Assembly: GCA_021787655.1 (NCBI GenBank)
Contig: JAJYLM010000003.1
Location: 1-35,960 of the forward strand
Origin: a bacterium
GTDB taxonomy: Bacteria; JAMCPX01
DNA: 35,960 nt
Direction of reading: 5' to 3'
Shown here: in pieces, positions 17,982-26,169 of the stretch
Layout: each line of letters begins with the position of its first letter
Position numbering within the stretch: the first letter of the stretch is position 1
Position numbers and translations under genes: made by a program
Notes under the pieces: generated by a model
Databases searched by the model: none
What the model saw: only the letters and a program-made list of their open reading frames with translations
What the model was told of the DNA's origin: nothing

Positions 17982-19334
17982 TCAAACCTTTTTCAAAGCG
18001 TCCGTTGCAGCGACGAGCAGCGGATCCCACACCGGGGCAAAGGGGGGAGCATAGCTGAGATCAAGCCGTGACAGCTCATCCACGGTCATGCCCTTATACA
18101 GTCCCGCTGCAATGATATCTATCCTCTTCGAAACACCTTCACCGCCAGCCATCTGGGCGCCAAGAAGCTTGCCGTTCTTTTTTTCCATGACCAGCTTGAT
18201 GGTGATCGATTTGCCTCCCGGATAGTAGTGCGCACGGGTCTTCGATGTAATGACGCTTGCAACCGCATTCAGTTTGTTGTCGAGGGCTTCCCGTTCGGTC
18301 AGCCCGGTCCGTGCGACCTCGAGGTCGAAGACCTTGACCACGGAGGTTCCCGCAACACCCTTGAATGATTCGTTGGCCCCCGCGATATTGGCTCCGGCTA
18401 TCTTGCCCTGCTTGTTCGCCGTGGTGCCGAGCGGCAGGTAAACGTCTTTTTTCAGGATGATGTGCTTGACGGTTGCACAGTCACCCGCAGCGTAGATGTG
18501 CGGTATGTTGGTCTCCATCTTCTCGTTGACGAGGATGGCGTCATGGACACCCGTTGCCACTCCAGCGGCCTTCGCCACCAGAGAGTTCGGTTTCACGCCG
18601 ATCGACAGGATCACGAGATCGACATCAAAGCTTCCGCCCGATGTTTCTATCCTTATCAGTCCGTTCTCTTTTTGCTCGAACGATTTTACCTCTGTCGATT
18701 TCAGGAGCTTTACACCGTTGCCCTCGAGCGTCTTTTCGACCAGTGCTGTTATTTCGTCATCCATAGTTCCCAGAATGCCCGGAAGCTTTTCGATGACGAT
18801 GACTTCCAGCCCGAGCCATTTCAGCGCTTCCGCCATTTCCATGCCGATGTAACCGGCCCCGATAATGGCCGATCGTTTTAAGGAGTGCGATTTGATAAAT
18901 CCTTTGATCGCAATACCGTCATCGAGTGTCCTGAGCTGGAAAATTGCCGGATTGTCAATGCCCGGAATCGGAGGTTTAACCGCCGATGCTCCGGTTGTTA
19001 CCGCCAGGTAATCGTATGGTACAACGATATCCTTCTTTTCAATGTGATCGATTGCGTGGACTTTTCCCGCCTTTGGATCGATGGAGACAACTTCCGTTCT
19101 GGTCAGCACATCAATGTTCCGTTCAGATTTGAAGCGCTCTTTCGGAATAGCGATCAGGTCCGTATGCTTTTTTGTTAAGTCCATGATGTAGTAGGGGAGG
19201 CCGCACGATCCATAGGATATAAACTCGCTTTTTTCAATCGCCGTGACGGCGAGTGAAGATTTCCTCCGTTTCGCCTGGCTTGCAGCGCTCATCCCTGCTG
19301 CAACCCCGCCCACAATAACAACATTTTCCGCCAT
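17982..19334 (-). CDS. cdr: CoA-disulfide reductase / NADH oxidase family flavoprotein
   Basis: IVGGVAAGMSAA, SYGSCGLPYY (single redox Cys), IIGAGYIGMEMAE, IYAAGDC, PLGTTANKQG, DLSYAPPFAPVWDP. Confidence 0.8.
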   Translation of the reverse strand: MAENVVIVGGVAAGMSAASQAKRRKSSLAVTAIEKSEFISYGSCGLPYYIMDLTKKHTDLIAIPKERFKSERNIDVLTRTEVVSIDPKAGKVHAIDHIEKKDIVVPYDYLAVTTGASAVKPPIPGIDNPAIFQLRTLDDGIAIKGFIKSHSLKRSAIIGAGYIGMEMAEALKWLGLEVIVIEKLPGILGTMDDEITALVEKTLEGNGVKLLKSTEVKSFEQKENGLIRIETSGGSFDVDLVILSIGVKPNSLVAKAAGVATGVHDAILVNEKMETNIPHIYAAGDCATVKHIILKKDVYLPLGTTANKQGKIAGANIAGANESFKGVAGTSVVKVFDLEVARTGLTEREALDNKLNAVASVITSKTRAHYYPGGKSITIKLVMEKKNGKLLGAQMAGGEGVSKRIDIIAAGLYKGMTVDELSRLDLSYAPPFAPVWDPLLVAATDALKKV

Positions 19335-19382
19335 CTGGAGATTCTCCTTCTCTTGTGTCTGCCGCGCTGCGGTCAGACTGCT

Positions 19383-20033
19383 TTATCTGTTCGGTTCGAG
19401 TGCAGAAATGACACCGTCGACAAATTGATCCTCGGGCAGTGCACCCACGAATTCGACTCCGTCATTGATGACCGTCTTGGGGACGGACTGAACGCTGTAC
19501 TTGTTGCTGATGTCCGGAAATTCTGTTGCTTCTACCATGTCTGCGGTAACGAATGAATTTTCTATCGCTATCTTATGTGCCGTGCGGACTGCTTTCGGGC
19601 AGTAGGGACAGCTCGGTGTCACGAACACCTGTATTCTCACCGGCTTGTTGATAGCCTGGAGCTTCTTTTTGGATTCTTCGGTCAGATGGCTGCTGCCTTC
19701 TGATACGTCCATGATGTCCTCGATGACCGAGGCGAACTCGTACCCGGCCGGTATGCCGTAGTACCGGATGCCGTAATCCCGTGTGCCTTCTATGATGAGT
19801 GCAGGGTATTTGTCGATCTTGTACTGTTCCTTTTTATCGTTTTGTTGTGCGAAATCATAATGCTCGACCTTGATCTTGTCCGAGAGAGAACCCAGCTCAT
19901 CGATGAGCATCTTCTCGTCGTTGCAGTAGGTGCAGTTTTCTTCCTGCGTGAACAGGACAAGTTTTACGTCGTTCTTCATTTTGGAAAATTCATTCTTTAA
20001 GTACTCTTTGTCTTTCTCTTGCAGTAAACCCAT
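19383..20033 (-). CDS. Protein disulfide oxidoreductase (PDO; two thioredoxin folds, AhpF-NTD-like)
   Basis: CTYC and CPYC motifs; GIRYYGIPAGYEF; VFVTPSCPYCP; SVPKTVIN; FVGALPE. Confidence 0.9.
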   Translation of the reverse strand: MGLLQEKDKEYLKNEFSKMKNDVKLVLFTQEENCTYCNDEKMLIDELGSLSDKIKVEHYDFAQQNDKKEQYKIDKYPALIIEGTRDYGIRYYGIPAGYEFASVIEDIMDVSEGSSHLTEESKKKLQAINKPVRIQVFVTPSCPYCPKAVRTAHKIAIENSFVTADMVEATEFPDISNKYSVQSVPKTVINDGVEFVGALPEDQFVDGVISALEPNR

Positions 20034-20044
20034 GTTTCCTCCGT

Positions 20045-21028
20045 TTATTTTTTTACCATTTCCAGCCGTTCGATATACCGCTGGACCGACGAGCCGGCCA
20101 TGGCACCATCGCCCACAGCGGTTGCAACCTGGCGTACCATTTTCGAACGTATGTCTCCGGCTGCAAAGATACCCGGCTGGTTCGTTCCCATTTCGCTGTC
20201 GGTAACAATATACCCGTTTTCATCGAGCATTACCATATCTTTTACGAAACCCGTATTCGGCTTGTTGCCGATAAAGACAAAAACACCGTCTATCCTCTTT
20301 TCGGCCACCGTGTTTGTTTTCAGGTTCCTGACGGCAACTGCCTCGACTGTTTTTTTCCCTTTTATTTCGGTGATAACGGAATCCCATATGAATTCTATGG
20401 AAGGAATGCCGAATGCACGCTCCTGCAGTATTTTTTCGGCCCTCAATTTGTCTCTCCTGTGGACGACAAAGACTTTCTTCGCAAACCGTGTCAGGAATAT
20501 GGCATCACCGATGGCGGTATCACCTCCGCCGACCACGATGACTTCCTTGTCCTTGAAGAAAGCACCGTCGCATTGCGCACAGTACGAAACGCCCCGGCCG
20601 GTAAAAAGTTTTTCACCGGGGACGTTGAGCTTGATGTTTTGGGTGCCCGCCGCAAGAATGACCGTTTTGGCCGTTATTCTCCGCTCGTCCGTTGTATTGA
20701 CGATCCTGTTCGCGCCGTCGCATTCTATGCCGGTCGCTCCTATCTCGCAGATCTCGACACCAAACGAGCGCGCCTGTTCCTCCATCGACGAGGTCAGATC
20801 CGAACCTGAAATGCCCTTGGGGAATCCCGGATAATTTTCGACGATATCGGCAACAACGATCTCTCCCCCGATTGCTTTTTCCTCGAGGAGCAAGGTCTTC
20901 AGTTTTGCCCTGCCGGCGTAAATACCCGCGGTCATTCCCGCAGGACCGCCGCCGATGATCACGCAGTCATAGGAGTCGCAGGCAGGTTTCTGCTCGGCCT
21001 TGTCAATTGTTAAGTCTGATAAGAGCAT
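20045..21028 (-). CDS. trxB: Thioredoxin-disulfide reductase
   Basis: IIGGGPAGMTAG, ENYPGF, GRGVSYCAQCDG, VVGGGDTA, VHRRDKLRA, GIFAAGDIR, QVATAVGDG. True start likely ATG 21028; the 80 extra codons in the ORF track overlap the upstream thioredoxin. Confidence 0.93.
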   Translation of the reverse strand: MLLSDLTIDKAEQKPACDSYDCVIIGGGPAGMTAGIYAGRAKLKTLLLEEKAIGGEIVVADIVENYPGFPKGISGSDLTSSMEEQARSFGVEICEIGATGIECDGANRIVNTTDERRITAKTVILAAGTQNIKLNVPGEKLFTGRGVSYCAQCDGAFFKDKEVIVVGGGDTAIGDAIFLTRFAKKVFVVHRRDKLRAEKILQERAFGIPSIEFIWDSVITEIKGKKTVEAVAVRNLKTNTVAEKRIDGVFVFIGNKPNTGFVKDMVMLDENGYIVTDSEMGTNQPGIFAAGDIRSKMVRQVATAVGDGAMAGSSVQRYIERLEMVKK

Positions 21029-21386
21029 TTTCGATAAACCTCTCATACTCGGACAGTTTTGTTGCACCGACCAGCCGTTCCACCGAATTACTCTGGTAGT
21101 ACAGCACCAGCGTGGGAATACTCGAAATCTGATAGGTCGAAACAATGTTCGGACACGCATCGGCGTTGACCCTGTAAAACAGGAGCTTGTTCTTGTACTT
21201 CTCGGCAAGCTTCTCAAGCAGGGGCTTGGCGGCATGACACGAGGCACACCACTCGGCCCAGAAATCAACGAGGACCAGCTTGTCCGATTTCAATACGAGG
21301 CTGTAAAATTCTTCGCAGTTGATCTGTATCAGAAATTGAGATTCAGCTTTTAAATTTTTTTGACCTTCTGTCACCGGTTTTACCAT
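21003..21386 (-). CDS. Thioredoxin family protein (WCASC)
   Basis: LVLVDFWAEWCASC...YQISSIPTL...VGA. Confidence 0.88.
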   Translation of the reverse strand: MVKPVTEGQKNLKAESQFLIQINCEEFYSLVLKSDKLVLVDFWAEWCASCHAAKPLLEKLAEKYKNKLLFYRVNADACPNIVSTYQISSIPTLVLYYQSNSVERLVGATKLSEYERFIENALIRLNN

Positions 21387-21397
21387 GCACGGTTTCC

Positions 21398-21730
21398 TTA
21401 CGGTTTTAAAACCTTGGTGAACATCTTCTCGATGTTGGATTTCGGTACGGCACCGACGATTTGGTCGACGACCTTGCCGTTGTTGAACAGGATGATGGTC
21501 GGAATGCCCATGATATTGTACTGCGTCGGAGTCCGTGGGTTCTCGTCCGTGTTCATCCTGCTGAACTTTATCTTGCCGCCGTACTGCTCAGACAGCGACC
21601 GGAACGCCGGCTCCACCATCTTGCACGGTACGCACCACTCTGCCCAAAAGTCCACAACAACGGGTTGTCCCGCTGTCAATACCTCTTTCTCGAAATTGTC
21701 GTCTGTCACGACAGACATTGTTTCACTCAT
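21398..21730 (-). CDS. trxA: Thioredoxin (WCVPC)
   Basis: VTDDNFEKEVL, VVVDFWAEWCVPCKM, YNIMGIPT, IVGAVPK; start at ATG 21730 behind AGGAGG. Confidence 0.9.
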   Translation of the reverse strand: MSETMSVVTDDNFEKEVLTAGQPVVVDFWAEWCVPCKMVEPAFRSLSEQYGGKIKFSRMNTDENPRTPTQYNIMGIPTIILFNNGKVVDQIVGAVPKSNIEKMFTKVLKP

Positions 21731-21798
21731 ATTCAGTTCCTCCTGCCTCTCCGGCGATTTGTAGTTCTTATAGTTTAAAATATAATAATCAAAGCGTA

Positions 21799-22695
21799 TC
21801 ACTCCTGCTGTAAAAACCACTCATATGTCTTTCTGATTCCTTCCTCGATGCCGACCCGCGGTTTCCAGCCCAGGGAGGCTGCTTTGGTGTTCGATAATAT
21901 ATCAATTTGATCATTCCGTTTCATTATTTCAAGAGGCAGATCCTGCTTCCCTGCAATCCGCTGGAATATCGTGAGGAGGTCGCCGACCGGTACGCCGCTC
22001 CCTGAACCGATGTTGACGATCTCGTTGTCCCATGCCGGATCAAGGGATGCAATAAGTGCACTCACTGCATCATCGACGTACAGGAAATCGTAGTGCGATC
22101 CCGGGCTGTCGTACAGCTTGACCTTGTTGTTGCGGACGATACCGTACGCCATGTCGAACATCGGATTTCGTTCCATAAAGGGCCCGTACAACCGTGAAAA
22201 CCGCAGGATCGTCGACGGCACTCCGAACTTGTTTTTATAGAGTCCCATCATGTTCTCCGCATTCCACTTTGTAAAGCCGTAATAGCCGGCAGAAGGGACA
22301 GGATCCGTTTCCTGCGCATGGTCGTTGCTCTTGTAGACTGCTGCAGACGAAGAAAAGATCATTTTCTTCAGTTTTGCGCGGCGGGCCATTTCGAGGACGT
22401 TGACGGTTCCGAGGACGTTCACCTTGAAACATCCGAGCGGCTCCTCGGTGGCCTTTCTCTCGGAAGAAATACTGGCGAGGTGGAAAACATACTCGACGTC
22501 CCTCAGAGGGTGCTCCAGATCCTCGAATTTTGTCACGTCCCCGGGAAAGAACCGGAACAGGCTGGTGTGCAGGAGCTGTTCAATCGACGCCTTTTTGGAC
22601 CGGGCTATTCCGTGGACTTCGTGACCCTGGCCGGTCAGGGCACGGGCAAGATGGCTGCCCAGAAGGCTGGTGACACCGGTTATTCCGATCTTCAT
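21799..22695 (-). CDS. NAD-dependent epimerase/dehydratase (extended SDR)
   Basis: ITGVTSLLG, VFHLAS, NVLGTVNVLE, SSSAAVY, YGFTK, LYGP, DFLYVDDA, LGWKP...EEGIRKT. Confidence 0.88.
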   Translation of the reverse strand: MKIGITGVTSLLGSHLARALTGQGHEVHGIARSKKASIEQLLHTSLFRFFPGDVTKFEDLEHPLRDVEYVFHLASISSERKATEEPLGCFKVNVLGTVNVLEMARRAKLKKMIFSSSAAVYKSNDHAQETDPVPSAGYYGFTKWNAENMMGLYKNKFGVPSTILRFSRLYGPFMERNPMFDMAYGIVRNNKVKLYDSPGSHYDFLYVDDAVSALIASLDPAWDNEIVNIGSGSGVPVGDLLTIFQRIAGKQDLPLEIMKRNDQIDILSNTKAASLGWKPRVGIEEGIRKTYEWFLQQE

Positions 22696-23640
22696 TTACG
22701 CCTCGAGTGCTTCCAGAACAAGGGCCGTCAACAGCGGAAACATAATTTCGTGGTGTCCTGTTATTGCATATCCATGACCCCCGGTCTTGGTCGGCCTCTT
22801 GACAACATTTTCGAGGGGCCTGTAGTGCTGGATCATGTCCATATTGATGGCTGTAAAATCTTTTATGTCATATCCGATGTTTCGCGCGATGGACAGTGCC
22901 TTCAGGAACACTTCCGGAAGAATGACGGCAGAACCGATATTGATAATGACGCCGTTCTCCAGCATCGTCACGATGGACGCAAATTTCCTGAAGTCGATCT
23001 CTGTTGCTTTTCCGATGGCAGCACCGTCAGCCTTCGGGTGCATATGGATGATGTCGGTCCCGTATGCGACGTGGACCGTGAGGGGGATGCCGAGTTTATA
23101 CGCGTTGTAGGTTATACTCATGTCCTTATGCGGGGGAGCGCTGTCGGCAAGCATCTTGCCTGCTGCTTCTCCCAGACCCATATTGTGCGCGGCGCCCGCA
23201 ATGATGGCATCGTTGAGAAGCGATCCTGTTTCCTCTGCCATACCGAAACTCCCGTCTTTGATGGTGACGGCAACGTCTTCGGATGTCTCACCGATCAGGG
23301 CGATCTCCGTGTCATGGATAACGCCGGCCCCCTGCATTGCCAGGGCGGTGATAATCTTCTTTTCCATCAATTGAATGACCAGCGGGGCAAGTCCGACCTT
23401 GATGACACTGTCTCCCATTGCAAGTATCACCTGCTTGTTGTTTTTCTTTGCGGCGGCTATCGCTGCGGCTGATGCGAGAAGTTCATCGGCTTTGAGAAAC
23501 TTCGGCAGGCTGCCCATGAATTCCTTCACCGACATTCCCGTGCGGTAGGGCAGTGCAAAATCCTGTATTTTGACCTTGTTCTTCCGTGTTTTGATTGAAC
23601 TCGTTGTTACCCGTTTCAGATCGATCGGTTCTGCTTTCAT
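22696..23640 (-). CDS. Conserved protein of unknown function, deoxyhypusine-synthase-like fold
   Basis: MGDSVIKVGL, IHDTEIAL.GETSEDV, G.FGMAEETG, TVHVAYGTDIIHMHP, GSAVILPEVFLKA, HYRP..NVV.RP, GHHEI motifs recalled from an uncharacterised DHS-like family. Confidence 0.65.
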   Translation of the reverse strand: MKAEPIDLKRVTTSSIKTRKNKVKIQDFALPYRTGMSVKEFMGSLPKFLKADELLASAAAIAAAKKNNKQVILAMGDSVIKVGLAPLVIQLMEKKIITALAMQGAGVIHDTEIALIGETSEDVAVTIKDGSFGMAEETGSLLNDAIIAGAAHNMGLGEAAGKMLADSAPPHKDMSITYNAYKLGIPLTVHVAYGTDIIHMHPKADGAAIGKATEIDFRKFASIVTMLENGVIINIGSAVILPEVFLKALSIARNIGYDIKDFTAINMDMIQHYRPLENVVKRPTKTGGHGYAITGHHEIMFPLLTALVLEALEA

Positions 23641-23737
23641 GCTCTGTTTTTCCTCTCTTTATTAAAGTTTATGTGTTGGCCGTGCTGCAAACGTACCATG
23701 ATTTTCTCCGGTTGAACAATCGGCTGCCGGCTCGTCA

Positions 23738-24310
23738 TTATGCTCGGTTTCCTGACGACGCAAACGTAAAGCGCAGTTCGGTGATTGGATCTCCCGAGCA
23801 CTGGCATGCAACGATTTTCGATTGAATGTCGTTCAGTTTGCACATGCTGAGAAATTGTTCGAGCCATCCCTGCACGTTCTTAACGTGCGCCATATCGATG
23901 TCCGCAAAGTCCCTGATGGTAACGACTGCTTCGTTCTTTGAAAGGATTGCGACTTCGGCGACGCCGGTATCGAAATAGCTGCTCCAAACGCTCATCGCCC
24001 GGGTAATGAGTGTCCTGGGGTCGACAAACGTCAGGAAGATTTTATAGATGCTCTTGAGGTCGTGTTCGGCAGACAGCCTCCCTTGCTGGACGCAGTAGGA
24101 CAAATCTCCGCTGCCCACGGTTTTGTCGAGCGTTTTCAGGAGGTCCGTGTAAAGCTTGTAGGGATACCACGCAGTCAGCAGTATGTGTTCGTCCATGTAT
24201 TTCCGGGTTTCGTCCGGGAGCGCATTGATAATCCCGGGGAGGGTACCCTTGAGGTTCTTTTTTATAAATTTTATCAAGCCGAGAATAGCAACGCCCTTTA
24301 CCTGTGCCAT
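23738..24310 (-). CDS. DUF2378/TIGR02265-like protein
   Basis: AQVKG..., WYPYKLY, QGRLSAE, WSSYFDTG, GWLEQFL pattern; start ATG 24310 (GTG 24316 alternative). Confidence 0.6.
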   Translation of the reverse strand: MAQVKGVAILGLIKFIKKNLKGTLPGIINALPDETRKYMDEHILLTAWYPYKLYTDLLKTLDKTVGSGDLSYCVQQGRLSAEHDLKSIYKIFLTFVDPRTLITRAMSVWSSYFDTGVAEVAILSKNEAVVTIRDFADIDMAHVKNVQGWLEQFLSMCKLNDIQSKIVACQCSGDPITELRFTFASSGNRA

Positions 24311-24549
24311 TGTCACCCTTCTGTCAATATTTTCCTGTGCAGCGGGACGATGATCGTGTCGTGCGGGAGTGCCCGCTCCCGTTCAGGATACTGTAAGGCT
24401 ATGCCATATCATTTGACCAGTCAACAAGTTAGCCTGAAATCGGTATTTCTCTGATTTTCCATGACAGGTGCCGCGTCGAACACCGGTTCTGCCGACAGTT
24501 TATGATCCACCTCATACACATGCACGGCATTCGTTGTTACCTTGTCAGT

Positions 24550-25308
24550 ATGAAGCTGAAGGCCATTCCATTTCCAAGAGAATATGGTTCATGGGGCATA
24601 CTCATCACCTCGTGCATCATGGGTGTTGCCCTGCAGCGGGGACCGGTGACGGCTGTGACCGTGCTTGCGCTCGCGGGTATTTCACTGCTCTTCATGACGA
24701 AGGCCCCCCTGTCTGCTTTCGTTCGAAGGCGGCACGGCCCGGACCTTGCGGTGAGTGCCGTCTATGCTGGCGGAGGATTGCTCTTCCTGTGGCCTGCACT
24801 TTCAGCAGTCCGCCCGGGAACACTGCTGCTCCTGGCGGTCGTCCCGGTCCTTACCATTGCAGTGTATGCCCTGTCTGCCTTCCTTCACCGGGAGCGCGCA
24901 GTCGTCGTGGAATTTTTTGCCATGGCAACGCTCACACTCCCTGTCCTGTTCTTCTCGCTTGCAGAACGTCACCCGGTGAATGTACGGATGTCTGCACTGT
25001 GGCTTCTGTCGTTTCTCTACTTCTCGGCAAGTATTCTCAAGGTCAAGATGCTCATCTTCAGAACGCGCGGGTTCAGGATTGCCAACGTGACCTACCTGAT
25101 CGCGGTCGCCGGCGTGTTCGCAGTGCTCATTGCCGAACGTGCGGTACCCGTTGGCGCGGGCTTCGCTTTTTTGCCGCTCGTCGAAAATGTCGTCAGTACG
25201 TTTGTGCAGCGTGACGGCAGAAGAAATCTCAAACGTGTCGGAATACTCGAGCTCGTGAAAGGATGCATATTTGCTCTTGTTCTCATCCTTGCGGCAGTTT
25301 CCGCGTGA
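24550..25308 (+). CDS. YwiC-like polytopic membrane protein
   Basis: N-terminal PREYGSWGIL, multiple TM helices, SILKVKMLI and C-terminal LKRVGILE motifs. Confidence 0.75.
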   Translation: MKLKAIPFPREYGSWGILITSCIMGVALQRGPVTAVTVLALAGISLLFMTKAPLSAFVRRRHGPDLAVSAVYAGGGLLFLWPALSAVRPGTLLLLAVVPVLTIAVYALSAFLHRERAVVVEFFAMATLTLPVLFFSLAERHPVNVRMSALWLLSFLYFSASILKVKMLIFRTRGFRIANVTYLIAVAGVFAVLIAERAVPVGAGFAFLPLVENVVSTFVQRDGRRNLKRVGILELVKGCIFALVLILAAVSA

Positions 25309-25465
25309 ACAAAGCAGGATCCTGTAACGGTGCTCAGCACCGTTCTCCGTACACCGCGCGCGCTTTTTCCCGAGGGAAATTGGTTTTTTTTGCCGGTGCG
25401 GCAATCCCGCAAACAGCAACAATAAAAAATATCGTCATCAAACGAAAAAAATATTCTTTTTCATC

Positions 25466-25495
25466 TTGACAAAACGATCTTCATCGTGGTAATTT
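25466..25495 (+). promoter_or_regulatory. Putative sigma70-type promoter
   Basis: TTGACA (25466-25471)-N18-TAATTT (25490-25495) with extended -10 TG and upstream A/T tracts. Confidence 0.6.
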
Positions 25496-25699
25496 AAAGC
25501 ACATGAAGAACTTTAATCATGCAATTAAAGGAGATGATCATCAATACTTCATGTCGTAGGAATACGTACTTTGTTGATGGTGAGCATCCGTCTGTTTCTT
25601 TCAGCGATCTGTTGTTACTTCTTACCTTTTTTCTCCTGAATAAAAAAAATATTGGATTAATGCACGCTTTCTATCAAAAAATCGGGAGGTGAAAGAATA

Positions 25700-25750
25700 A
25701 TGGCTACTAAGAAAAAAGCAAAAAAAGCAACCAAGAAAAAGAAGAAATAA
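25700..25750 (+). CDS. 16-aa lysine-rich micropeptide MATKKKAKKATKKKKK (below ORF-track cutoff)
   Basis: Near-perfect Shine-Dalgarno GGGAGGTGA (25684-25692) 7 nt before ATG; double stop TAATGA; terminator 30 nt downstream; upstream promoter. Confidence 0.7.
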   Translation: MATKKKAKKATKKKKK

Positions 25751-25781
25751 TGAATGAGTTCTGTTGTTGACTCGCTGCTTA

Positions 25782-25817
25782 GGGCTGAACCTGCTTGGAC
25801 GGGTTCAGCCCCCTTTT
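25782..25817 (+). terminator. Rho-independent terminator of the micropeptide unit
   Basis: GGGCTGAACC (25782-25791) / GGTTCAGCCC (25802-25811) perfect 10-bp stem followed by CCTTTT. Confidence 0.75.
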
Positions 25818-25937
25818 CATAGAGAACAAATTGAGCATCATCTGATAGAAAGAATATAATAAATTATCATCTCACCTGTCAATATTTTTTTGTTTTGAAC
25901 AAAAAATCCTCTATTTATAAGATAGTTGCAATAAATT

Positions 25938-26006
25938 CCTCTATAAAATAGAGGTGATCTCTTGTAATTCTAACATAACTATCTATAAAATAGATAGTTA
26001 TGTTAG
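25938..26006. repeat. Two palindromes sharing the core TCTATAAAATAGA
   Basis: CCTCTAT-AAA-ATAGAGG (25938-25954) and perfect 17-bp-arm CTAACATAACTATCTAT-AAA-ATAGATAGTTATGTTAG (25970-26006). Confidence 0.85.
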
Positions 26007-26169
26007 GGAAGAAAATCATCACTTACAGGAACGATGCCTGCTGAAGTATTAAAAACTGTGCTTTATTTCAATTAGTTGTGTATTTCCTGCGCGCCATTGC
26101 TATAGATTGATCTATGGAAAAACACGACAAACTCATGCATTGTGAGAGCCGGACTCTCCGGACTGCGGG

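Noticed and set aside
21029-21268. 80-aa N-terminal extension of TrxB in the ORF track (possible fusion or frameshift)
   Set aside because: It is an alternative frame of the intact upstream thioredoxin; ATG 21028 gives a normal-length TrxB and no slippery site was evident.
17982-21730. Selenocysteine recoding in the redox genes
   Set aside because: All active-site positions are ordinary Cys codons and ORFs are full length with no in-frame TGA.
22318-23472. 384-aa + strand ORF (and similar long antisense ORFs at 5326..6216, 9291..10130, 20100..20834, 32860..33630)
   Set aside because: All lie opposite confidently identified genes and reflect codon bias.
25501-25554. Purine-riboswitch-like three-way junction
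   Set aside because: Conserved junction nucleotides and a proper P3 stem-loop are lacking; kept only as an unclassified structured leader.
25700-25817. Lysine attenuator leader-peptide interpretation
   Set aside because: No + strand gene follows the terminator (next CDS is convergent) and no antiterminator pairing was found, so there is nothing to attenuate in this arrangement.
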